Source: Candidatus Latescibacterota bacterium (lineage in GTDB: Bacteria > Latescibacterota > UBA2968 > GCA-2709665). From it: a stretch of DNA of 64,000 bases. Positions 29,623 to 38,302 of the stretch are shown one piece after another (the first letter of the stretch is position 1; each line of letters opens with the position of its first letter). Position numbers and translations under genes: made by a program. The notes under the pieces are model-generated. The model searched no databases. It saw nothing but the letters and a program-made list of their open reading frames with translations, and was not told the DNA's origin. The stretch is taken from NCBI GenBank assembly GCA_965203805.1, contig OZ241917.1, forward strand, positions 3,488,001-3,552,000. Direction: 5' to 3'.

Positions 29623-31881
29623 ATGATCAAGCCAAGTCACGAGTGGGTACGGCGGGCGCGCACCTTTCAGATAGAGCAATACCACCCGCCCTTCTGGCCC
29701 GATATCGATTTTGACGCGAAGCAGCTCGTCGATGTCGTGCGGAAATACCACGCCAACGCTATCCGGTTCGGCAGCGCGGGCAAATGGGCGGTCTTCCCCA
29801 ATGAGTTCTTTCCCCCGCACCCTCAATTAGGTGAGCGCGACCTGCTCGCCGAGACCATCGCCGAGGCCCATGCGCGGGACGTGCGCGTCATCGGGTACAT
29901 TCCCGTGGGGCACATTATTCCCGAAGACAACATGCTGATCCATCATCCGGAGTGGATGTACCGCCCCAGCCCCGAAGGCGCCGCTCCTGTCCTGAGGCAC
30001 CACGGCGGCGGATTTCACCGGCACGTCTGCTTCAACACGCCGTACCGAGAGGCCATCTGCGCTTTCATCGCACAAGTGGTGGACCACGACGTCGACGCGA
30101 TCTACACCGATTCTGCCTGTCCTTACCATTCGCACCACACCCCGCAGTCGCCCTTGTGCTACTGCGACTATTGCCTCGAGAAGTTCGAGAGGCAATTCGG
30201 CTGCCCAATGCCGTATGCACCCGATCCGCACAGCCTGCCTCGGGAAGACCGGGAGATGCTGGAAGCGTGGAGCCTGCAGTACGGCAGGATCGTCGGCGAT
30301 GTCTTTCTCGAATTCGCCGCCGCGACGCGAAAGAAGAAGGACATCCCGGTGCTGACGCACGGCCTGGGTGTGGGCAACTGGCCCGAACGCAGGATCGTGG
30401 AAGTGCACGATGGATTCCTCTACGAGGCCGGGGGCGACTTCCTTCATCGGCTCGAGGCGGCCAGTCTGGCCGAGTCGTCGGGTTGGGCCATGTGGCAATA
30501 CGTCGGCGCATTGACGGGCTGGTCGCGGGCGCAGTGCTTCGGCATGGAACTCGTCGAGGAGGCCGCAGCCAGCTTTGCTTCCGGAGGGGGCGTCCTGGTG
30601 GCGTGCGGCGTGAACCTTTGGCTGTCGCCTCCCCATAAAGCCAATCGTGAGCTGGCGGCGCTCCTTGAGATCCTGGAGAGGAACGAATCACTCTTCGAAG
30701 ATCTCCACCCGTCACCGTTTGTTGCTATTCCGTTTGTTTTGCCGGTGCGGGTGTATGAGATGCTCGAGCGGTTGCGGTTCCGCGCCGAGCCCCTGGTGAT
30801 GCGCGATCGTCCGCGCGATGTCATCGGCCAGTCCAGGCAGGACCTCGCCGACCGTCCGGGGGAGCTCGAGGCCCCGCTCTCCGAGGCGGGCTATCTCGTG
30901 CGCACGCCCCCGCAGCAATCCTGCCGTCGCGGGGCCTTCTCGGCCATGCTGGCCAACCATTTGCCGACATCGGTGATCGAGGAGCGGGTTCTCTCCGATG
31001 CAGCGGCGTTGGCAAAGTATCCCGTTCTGCTTCTGCCCAACGTCGGCCATCTCACGCGGGAGGAAGTCGAAGGCATCACGGAATATGTGAAGGCGGGCGG
31101 GCGGCTCCTGGCGACGTACCGGACGAGCCTGTACGGCGCCGAGCCCGATGAGATGCGCGACAACTTCGCCCTGGCGGACCTTCTGGGCGTGGACCGCGTG
31201 GACCCGAACCCCGACCAATTCGCAGATTACGAACAACACCTCTGGGCCGCGGGGACGTTCGACACGTACGGTCGCTGCGTTCCGGGTCAATGGCTGGCCG
31301 AGAGGTGCTCGCATGAGCTGTGGCCGCTCAATCGGTTCGAGTTCGTCCAGGCCCGGCCGGGAACCGACGTGGTGGCGAACATCGTCTTCGGCGGGCGCGA
31401 GGACGACGCTCTGTCTCCCGCCGTCACCTGCCGGACGGTTGGCAAGGGCCGCGTCGTCTATCTGGCCGCGCCGGTGGAGGAGCTTCATTTCGAATATCGC
31501 CTGCTGGTGGTCCGCGATCTTCTGGGCGCCGTGGTGGATTGGCTCTACCCGGAGGGCCGGCCTCTGATGACCGACGGCCCGAACCAACTCGTGATGATTC
31601 CGAATGAGAAACCGGGAAGCCAGGTGTTGTTTCTGATCAATCACACCGGCGAGCGCGTCGAGCATCTGCCGGAGATCTGGCCGCGCTTCAGCCCACAGTT
31701 TGACTATGTGACCACGATACCCGAAGTGAACCTGCGCTGGCAGCTCACGGAGCGGGGCGCTCCTCGTCGCGTGTGGGACGTTTGCACGGGAGATGACCTG
31801 GAGGTCACGTTCGACGGAAACCACCTGGAAACCACATTAACGAACATCGGACAGTACGCGATGATTGCCGCTGAGTTCTGA
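29623..31881 (+). CDS. Glycoside hydrolase-like protein (GHL6/GH42-like TIM barrel plus trimerisation domain)
   Basis: DLLAETIAEAH, CFNTPY, CYCDYC, LLLPN, YVKAGGRLLAT, GKGRVVYL. Confidence 0.75.
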   Translation: MIKPSHEWVRRARTFQIEQYHPPFWPDIDFDAKQLVDVVRKYHANAIRFGSAGKWAVFPNEFFPPHPQLGERDLLAETIAEAHARDVRVIGYIPVGHIIPEDNMLIHHPEWMYRPSPEGAAPVLRHHGGGFHRHVCFNTPYREAICAFIAQVVDHDVDAIYTDSACPYHSHHTPQSPLCYCDYCLEKFERQFGCPMPYAPDPHSLPREDREMLEAWSLQYGRIVGDVFLEFAAATRKKKDIPVLTHGLGVGNWPERRIVEVHDGFLYEAGGDFLHRLEAASLAESSGWAMWQYVGALTGWSRAQCFGMELVEEAAASFASGGGVLVACGVNLWLSPPHKANRELAALLEILERNESLFEDLHPSPFVAIPFVLPVRVYEMLERLRFRAEPLVMRDRPRDVIGQSRQDLADRPGELEAPLSEAGYLVRTPPQQSCRRGAFSAMLANHLPTSVIEERVLSDAAALAKYPVLLLPNVGHLTREEVEGITEYVKAGGRLLATYRTSLYGAEPDEMRDNFALADLLGVDRVDPNPDQFADYEQHLWAAGTFDTYGRCVPGQWLAERCSHELWPLNRFEFVQARPGTDVVANIVFGGREDDALSPAVTCRTVGKGRVVYLAAPVEELHFEYRLLVVRDLLGAVVDWLYPEGRPLMTDGPNQLVMIPNEKPGSQVLFLINHTGERVEHLPEIWPRFSPQFDYVTTIPEVNLRWQLTERGAPRRVWDVCTGDDLEVTFDGNHLETTLTNIGQYAMIAAEF

Positions 31882-32220
31882 TTGAATCATCGACCTGGCC
31901 AGGCTGTTATGCCAACGTCCTTCCCGGAAGCGGAACGTAAGGCGCACCACAAAGGCACAGAGGTCAAATTCTGGAGTAGAGGGGCAGTCGAATGCCTTCT
32001 CCGAAGCACCGGCTGCTAACAGGTCCACTTGCGCTTCGGTCGCTTACGCTCCCTTCGGCCTGACGGCAACCCGCCCAAGAGAATCTCACTATGTTCTTCA
32101 GTAGCGGAAATATCGCTTGAAGAACTTGATTAAGATATGTAGATTTGCAGCAGGTCAACAGGTGACCAATCGCAGCAGGATTGAACCGTCTTTACCATAT
32201 TAAAAACAATATGATATATA

Positions 32221-32355
32221 ATGATCCCTAAGGTCTACATCGAGACATCTATTCCCAGTTTCTATTACGAAACATGTACAGAACCTGAGATGGCTGCAAA
32301 GCGGACCTGGACACGCCACTGGTGGGACGAACGGCGTTAGGGTTATGAGATTTCC
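32221..32355 (+). pseudogene. PIN-domain (VapC-like) toxin remnant
   Basis: MIPKVYIETSIPSFYYE..EPEMAAKRTWTRHWWDERR, then TAG, then GYEI. Confidence 0.7.
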
Positions 32356-32493
32356 GCTGAATAATTCATTTAGCGGGAATTCTGTTTCAGCGACAAAGCG
32401 GGCTTACCGAACCATTTCGTTCCGATGATTGTCACATCCCGCTAACAAACTCAGATCGCAAATGCGACGGTCTGTGAGAGAAAGGATTGCCTC

Positions 32494-34074
32494 ATGACCG
32501 AAACGGAAAAATACCTCTTCGATGTTCCACGGAGCGGGTCCATGGCGCTGATGACCGAGGAGCAGAGGTGGGCGTTCGAGCTCGACGGCTATATTCTCCT
32601 CCCGAGCCTGCTCGGCGCGACGGCAGCGGCGCACGCCACACCCGCCGCTCTGGCTGAGCATCCGGACTTGCTGGCTGCGATTGACCAGCTAGCTGGCGGG
32701 GAGTTACCACTGTGGCACCGCGCTGCGTACGACGGTACTGAAGGGAAGGAACAGGAGTTCCACACGATCAAGTTTGAGCTGGACCGGCCGTCGCGCCGCC
32801 TGACCAAAGAGGGGCAGTGGGCCAATGATCTGACGGTGGATGAGCAGCGCCGGCTGGGCTACGACACGACCAGCCGGCCCGACCGGGTGTGCGTCTGGGG
32901 GCTGCGCGCGCTGTGGGCCGTGGGCGACAGCTGCGTGGTGGTGTGCCCCGCGTCGCACAAAGCCAACGTCCAGCCGCCCCCGAGCATGGCGCGCGCGGAG
33001 GAGCTCGGGGCGACGGAGCGCGTGCAGCTCCGCGCTGGCGACTGTCTGCTCGCGGTTGCCACCACGCTGGTCGGCGCCGCCCCAGGCTCCTCGCTGCAGG
33101 AGTGCGTCTTTTGCGACGACTCCCGCTACCCTGGGGGGGCCTTCGGCCACGGCGCGACGGGTGTGGACAGCTGGCTGGATGAGCTCACGCCGGCGCGCCG
33201 AGCGCTGGTGGCCGGCCCACCACGCGGCCACGGCCACGACGGCCGGCCCCTCAGCAACGAGCAGCAGCTGGCGCCGTCGCTGCTGGACGTCAACACGCGG
33301 CCTGACGCTCCGAACCACGAGGAGGTCTGGTTCTGGGACCTGAGAGGCTACCTGGTGCTGCCTGGCGTGATGGACCGCGAGTGGTTAGCGCAGTGCAATG
33401 CAGCGCTCGACTCGCCCTTCGCCGAAGCCAACCGTCGGCCGGTGGCCTTTTCGAGCAGTGTCGTGGGCGAGTACCCGGACTACGAGGGCTGTTCGCAGAC
33501 TATTGCCCCGGCCCCGGGCACGCGCTGCACCGAAGAGCGCGTCTCGCAGACCTGGACCCATCCCCCACCCTTCAGCGACGGCTTTCGACGCATGATCGAC
33601 AATCCGCTCGTGAACGCGCGGCTGAAGTGGATGATCGACCCGGGCTTCGTCATGACGACTTGCTACACCATCGTCAGCCGCGACGGGGCGGCCGGCCAGC
33701 CCCTGCATGGCGGCTGGTTTTACGGCGCCGGCCATACCTATCATTTCCGGGACGGACAGCCTCGTACGGAGCAGGTGAACATCGGCTGGCTGCTCCAAGA
33801 CGTCGAGACGGCGACGGGCGACGGCGGACTGATGTTGGTCCCCGGAAGCCACAAAGCGCGGCTACCGCTGCCGCGCCCGAAGCAAACCAGTTGCGATCTG
33901 CCGCAGGTCAAGCATATGCAGGGGGTTGCCGGGACGGTGATCATGTACACGGGCACGACGACGCACGGCGTGCGCAGTTGGCGCAACCCCAATCGCGAGC
34001 GGCGCTTCGTCAACACCAAAGCGGGACCCAATATACGGCGGCCGGAGCGCGAGGCGGCGCAACCGAGCCCCTGA
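32494..34074 (+). CDS. Tandem two-domain PhyH-family oxygenase (first domain degenerate, second HxG)
   Basis: FELDGY...PASHK; WDLRGYLVL...PLHGG...VPGSHK...TTHG. Confidence 0.75.
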   Translation: MTETEKYLFDVPRSGSMALMTEEQRWAFELDGYILLPSLLGATAAAHATPAALAEHPDLLAAIDQLAGGELPLWHRAAYDGTEGKEQEFHTIKFELDRPSRRLTKEGQWANDLTVDEQRRLGYDTTSRPDRVCVWGLRALWAVGDSCVVVCPASHKANVQPPPSMARAEELGATERVQLRAGDCLLAVATTLVGAAPGSSLQECVFCDDSRYPGGAFGHGATGVDSWLDELTPARRALVAGPPRGHGHDGRPLSNEQQLAPSLLDVNTRPDAPNHEEVWFWDLRGYLVLPGVMDREWLAQCNAALDSPFAEANRRPVAFSSSVVGEYPDYEGCSQTIAPAPGTRCTEERVSQTWTHPPPFSDGFRRMIDNPLVNARLKWMIDPGFVMTTCYTIVSRDGAAGQPLHGGWFYGAGHTYHFRDGQPRTEQVNIGWLLQDVETATGDGGLMLVPGSHKARLPLPRPKQTSCDLPQVKHMQGVAGTVIMYTGTTTHGVRSWRNPNRERRFVNTKAGPNIRRPEREAAQPSP

Positions 34075-34120
34075 TGACCTCTGGCATTTTTTCGTGGTTC
34101 CTGCCGAAGGATAGAGAAAA

Positions 34121-34972
34121 GTGATACAAGTACTGCCCACCGAAACGCGATTCGTTGAAATTCATCACCTGGATTGGGATCTGACGTGGTCCATCCAGTT
34201 TCCGGAAGTCATCACCTCGATGAACGGTGTGACGATGATGTGGCAGAAGATCCGTCCTCGATGGACCAGGACGGGAGACAATGCATGGGAATACGAATGG
34301 GAGACGACGCCTGAGTACATCAAGGAGCAGTTGGCATACCGTCAAAACGATCCCTCAGGGAATGTCATTCGTCACAACTTCATCACAGGTCTTTCTCTCA
34401 GAGCAGCCTTGTCCGGACTCGAGGACAGCGTGGAATTGACGTTGACCCTCACGAATCAGTCATCCGCGAAGTTTTATGACGTCGCTTCCGATGGTGGATG
34501 TCTCCAGGCAAAGTCATCCGATTTCATCGATCAGGATGAAGTCAGACGATCCTACATCCTGGTGAACGGTAAGCCGGAGAGCATGGGCGATCTTTACAGA
34601 ACCCTGGATATTCGGACCGCGTATCATGCAGACCTTGCGGACTACGAAAAAGAATGGGTCAACAGGTCAGCGTGGTTCTGGGGAAGAAGCAACACGGCTA
34701 TCGACCGGCCGGCCATCCTGGGCGCCGTTTCTCATGACAGGTCCAGGGCAATCGCGTTGGGATATGAGTGTGCAACTTCGGCGCTTCAGAACGCTGACGG
34801 TCACCATTGCCTGCATAGCAGACCTCATTTTGGTGATCTTGCACCGGGGCAGTCGGTGACTCGGAAAGGCTGCATCCTGTTCGGCAGCGCGTTCTCTGCG
34901 CTGGCAATGCGACTCCGAAAACAACTCAACAGACCGGACACGTCTAGCCTGGATGATTCCAAAATAAGTTAG
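34121..34972 (+). CDS. Hypothetical protein
   Basis: 283-aa ORF with protein-like composition; HHCLHSRPHFGDLAPGQS near the C-terminus; family not recognised. Confidence 0.6.
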   Translation: MIQVLPTETRFVEIHHLDWDLTWSIQFPEVITSMNGVTMMWQKIRPRWTRTGDNAWEYEWETTPEYIKEQLAYRQNDPSGNVIRHNFITGLSLRAALSGLEDSVELTLTLTNQSSAKFYDVASDGGCLQAKSSDFIDQDEVRRSYILVNGKPESMGDLYRTLDIRTAYHADLADYEKEWVNRSAWFWGRSNTAIDRPAILGAVSHDRSRAIALGYECATSALQNADGHHCLHSRPHFGDLAPGQSVTRKGCILFGSAFSALAMRLRKQLNRPDTSSLDDSKIS

Positions 34973-35056
34973 TTTCCGTACCCAAGTCATAAAGCTAACC
35001 TATTCCGACGCATTTTAAGCGGCAAAGCTCGGATATGGATTTCTAGAGCGTTGTAT

Positions 35057-35272
35057 ATGAGAAATGAATTCACGGCAGTGATCGAACACGACGACGAATG
35101 GGTAATTGCCTATTGCCCTGAGATCACCGGCGCCAACGGACAGGGCAAGACCAGGGAAGAAGCCGTTGCAAGCCTGCGGGATGCGATATCGCTTATCCTT
35201 AAGGATCGTCGGGAGGATGGACTTCGCGCGGTTCCTGCAGAAGCGGAACGTGAAATTATCGTGGTCGAATGA
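35057..35272 (+). CDS. hicB: HicB-like antitoxin
   Basis: FTAVIE..EWVIAYCPEITGANGQGKTREEA..SLRDAI. Confidence 0.85.
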   Translation: MRNEFTAVIEHDDEWVIAYCPEITGANGQGKTREEAVASLRDAISLILKDRREDGLRAVPAEAEREIIVVE

Positions 35273-35457
35273 AACGCCATGCGTTGCTAAAGCACTTGCG
35301 TCTTCACGGTTGCCATCTCAAGCGCGAAGGGCGCTCTCACTCACTTTGGATAAATCCTGCCTCGGGAGCGGTTGAGACGGTGCCGCGGCATGTCGAGATT
35401 CCAAACCATCTTGCACGTAAGATCTGCAAAGAGCCTGGGGTAGCAGATATCGTCTGA
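35269..35457 (+). CDS. hicA: HicA toxin
   Basis: LKHLRLHGC.LKREGRSHSLWINP...VPRHVEI; ATGA overlap. Confidence 0.88.
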   Translation: MKRHALLKHLRLHGCHLKREGRSHSLWINPASGAVETVPRHVEIPNHLARKICKEPGVADIV

Positions 35458-35629
35458 ATAATTCACAGAAAAGGCAGTTTCCTTACCCAAACCATTGTAT
35501 TATATTATGGTTACGCGAATAACCTGATAACAATGAACGGGGAGGAAACTACCGTAGCAGGTCAAGACAAACAATATACGATGTCTATTGCAAGTGTTTC
35601 CGGCAAACGGGTAGAAGCCGCCAACGCAC

Positions 35630-35658
35630 TTGCCACGGCCTTCCTTTGTAGGTATAAT
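35630..35658 (+). promoter_or_regulatory. Sigma70-like promoter for brnTA
   Basis: TTGCCA-17 nt-TATAAT. Confidence 0.6.
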
Positions 35659-35762
35659 TGCGAGTGCCAACGGTTCTACTAATCTCAGGATGGCGAGTGT
35701 TCTTTGGCTGCGGTTTAGTAAACCGCTGAAATTCTCATTCGTGGTGAGGAAGCCGCCACCAG

Positions 35763-36035
35763 ATGGATTTTGAATGGGATCCGGAAAAAGCAGAAGCCAA
35801 CGAACTGAAACATGATCTCAGTTTTCCGGAGGGGGCCAGTGTCTTCGGCGACCCTCTGGCGATAACTTTCCCGGACCCGGATCATTCAGTGGATGAAGGA
35901 CGGCACCTTACTTTTGGTCTCTCGAGACTGGGTCGATACGTAGTTATCTCGCATACACAACGGACTGGAAAGACGAGAATAATAAGTGCGCGTTTAATGA
36001 CGCGTCGGGAAAGGAGAATCTATGAAGAGGGCTGA
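35763..36035 (+). CDS. brnT: BrnT family toxin
   Basis: FEWDPEKAEANELKH.LSF, RIISAR. Confidence 0.92.
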   Translation: MDFEWDPEKAEANELKHDLSFPEGASVFGDPLAITFPDPDHSVDEGRHLTFGLSRLGRYVVISHTQRTGKTRIISARLMTRRERRIYEEG

Positions 36036-36249
36036 ACCGGACGAACTGCGACCGGAATATCGCCGTGGAGATCTCGGTCCTGGCGTCCGGGGCAAGTATC
36101 TTGAGTCTTTTCGATGCGGAACAAATCTCGTCTTACTCGAGCCGGACATTGCCAGGGCATTTCCCACCGAGGAGGCCGTAAATAACGCACTTCGGTCATT
36201 TATGGAAGAGGCCAGAGAACCGACAGACTCAAGGAAAGGCGCCAGTTGA
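36022..36249 (+). CDS. brnA: BrnA-like antitoxin
   Basis: DELRPEY..GVRGKY..VLLEPDIARAFPTEEAVNNALR; overlaps brnT. Confidence 0.8.
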   Translation: MKRAEPDELRPEYRRGDLGPGVRGKYLESFRCGTNLVLLEPDIARAFPTEEAVNNALRSFMEEAREPTDSRKGAS

Positions 36250-36311
36250 ATAGTGCAATACAATATTCTTGATGTTATCGCAGTAACGGTTGGGCTAGTG
36301 TCCATTCCAGC

Positions 36312-36422
36312 GAGGTATCACCGTCCGGATACGGCGTTCACTGGCCGTTGATCGATGAAGACCTGTCTATCGACGGATTGCTTGGAATAACTCACGGAAA
36401 GAAAATGGTCAAATTCGTCTAA
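36312..36422 (+). pseudogene. DUF2442-family C-terminal remnant
   Basis: EVSPSGYGVHWPLIDEDLSIDGLLG...stop, no start codon. Confidence 0.65.
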
Positions 36423-36642
36423 CGGATGCGGCACATGACTGGCGATGGATTGTTTTAGCGTAAAGAAGGCAGGAAACGCTTCAAAACAAAGTTCTTGATG
36501 AAATGGAATCAGCGTCGTATATTTCGAATGCGCAGACAACGGGTCGCCTACGTCCCGTCGACGCAAATTTCGCAAAAACGGCCATCCAAGTGGAGGACTT
36601 TCCGGATTTAGATAATCCGACATTGCCACAGAAATTCCGGAT

Positions 36643-36785
36643 TCAGGTTACAAAACAGGGAAAACGGTGAAAATCCGTTGCGGTCCCGCCGCTGTAACTG
36701 GGGATGTTTCTCGCAACGACGCCACTGGTTAGCTACCGGGAAGGCGCGGGAAACAGGTGATCCAGGAGCCAGAAGACCTGCCTGA
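36643..36785 (+). promoter_or_regulatory. Cobalamin riboswitch
   Basis: AGGGAA..CGGTGAAAATCCG..GCGGTCCCGCCGCTGTAA..GCCACTG..GGGAAGG..AGCCAGAAGACCTGCC; upstream of btu-like genes. Confidence 0.93.
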
Positions 36786-36865
36786 ATCTTAAACCATATA
36801 TTTTTCCTCGTGGATTTGGGAAAAGGTGACATGAACGCGTGCTTTGGCCGCGTGGTTGGTTATGA

Positions 36866-36899
36866 CCCTGATTTCCGCAAGGAAGTCGGGGATTTTTTG
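36866..36899 (+). terminator. Intrinsic terminator, likely riboswitch expression platform
   Basis: CCCTGATTTCC-GCAA-GGAAGTCGGGG followed by ATTTTTT. Confidence 0.7.
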
Positions 36900-37183
36900 T
36901 GCAAAGCTGTCAGCAGTCAGCCTTCAGCAGTCAGCTTGAATCAAAAGCAACCTCTTCCCCGCAACCCCTCTACCCCGGGTGAAACGGGAGACGATGTGAG
37001 TGCCCGGTCGATTTTTTGGCCGTAACAAAATGGCTGAAGAATCGGCACGGGTTGCTGCTAGACGCGTTTTGTCGATCTCAGGGTAATGGTCGATGAGATT
37101 CATCATCGTGTATTGCATTCCACTTCCCGTGCGGCGCGAGTCGAAGCGGCGATTTGGTACCGGAGGGCAATCTCTTGTCGAGA

Positions 37184-38299
37184 ATGAGAAAATGGACACG
37201 CACGCTCTGTTTGGTCGGAACCTGGTGTGCATGGATACCCGTCTGCGCGGAAGTGTCACTGCAATATGCGGAGGGGTTTCGCGTTGACTATTTCGACGGG
37301 TACAAGGTCGCGACCGTCCTGGCGCCGGGGACGGGCGCCAGGGATACGCTTCGGTACGTCCTGGTATCGCGCGACGGAAAATCTCCGGATGGCTATGAAG
37401 GGGCGCCGAGGATACGGATTCCCGTGCGGTCGCTGATTACCACCTCCACAACGCACCTGCCGCATATCGAAAAACTCGGTGAGATTCAAAGCCTCGTTGC
37501 GGTGGACAACGTCAAATTCGTCAACTCGGAGGCCGTCAGACAGCGGTTCGCGGCAGGGAAAATAGCGGAAGTCGGCCGGGGAAGGTCCATCGATATGGAG
37601 CGGGTTCTCGTTCTCCGGCCCGAACTCGTCATCATCGACGCGGCGTCGCAGGACAACGCATTCCATTCGCTTCAGCAGGCGGGCGTGGCCGCCGTCGTGA
37701 ATGCCGCCTATGCCGAACCGACGCTGTTGGGACGGGTGGAATGGCTGAAGTTCATGGGCGCCTTCTTCGACAAGGAAGCAATGGCCGCCGCGCAATTCGA
37801 CAGTATCGCGGCCAGGTACAACGCGCTCGGATCGTTGACCGGGAATGTGCCGCGCCAAGAGAAACCGACCGTTTTCGTGGGATCCCTGTGGCGCGGGACG
37901 TGGTTTATGTCCGGCGGCAAGTCCTATCCCGCGCAATTGCTCGAGGACGCCGGCGCGAATTACCTGTGGGGAGACAATGAATCGCGACGGAGTTTGTCGC
38001 TGGACTTCGAAGCGGTTTACGAAATGGCGCACAATGGCGATTTCTGGATCACCATGAGAAACGAATGGCTATCCATAGACAACGTCGTCGCGGAAGATGA
38101 ACGATACGGGCAATTCAAGGCGGTCAGAACGGGGAACGTCTTCAACGCCAACGCGAGGCTCAACGCAAATGGCGGCAATGATTATTGGGAAACCGGCCTG
38201 ATCGAGCCGGACGTTCTTCTGGCCGACATTATTAAGATCCTGCATCCCGACCTGCTGCCCGATCACCAGCTCAAATATTATCGAAAGCTCGATCCGTAG
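37184..38299 (+). CDS. Cobalamin/iron-chelate ABC substrate-binding protein (BtuF-like)
   Basis: TSTTH, LGRVEWLKF, DAGANYLW, GNDYWETG..PD.LLAD. Confidence 0.88.
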   Translation: MRKWTRTLCLVGTWCAWIPVCAEVSLQYAEGFRVDYFDGYKVATVLAPGTGARDTLRYVLVSRDGKSPDGYEGAPRIRIPVRSLITTSTTHLPHIEKLGEIQSLVAVDNVKFVNSEAVRQRFAAGKIAEVGRGRSIDMERVLVLRPELVIIDAASQDNAFHSLQQAGVAAVVNAAYAEPTLLGRVEWLKFMGAFFDKEAMAAAQFDSIAARYNALGSLTGNVPRQEKPTVFVGSLWRGTWFMSGGKSYPAQLLEDAGANYLWGDNESRRSLSLDFEAVYEMAHNGDFWITMRNEWLSIDNVVAEDERYGQFKAVRTGNVFNANARLNANGGNDYWETGLIEPDVLLADIIKILHPDLLPDHQLKYYRKLDP

Positions 38300-38302
38300 C
38301 CA

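Noticed and set aside
32010-32075. attC site (GCTAAC..CGCTTCGGTCGCTTACGCTCCC)
   Set aside because: An R''-like box is present, but I found no complementary GTTRRRY end and no integrase
36416-36470. attC after the DUF2442 remnant (GTCTAAC)
   Set aside because: No matching GTTAGAC or paired arms downstream
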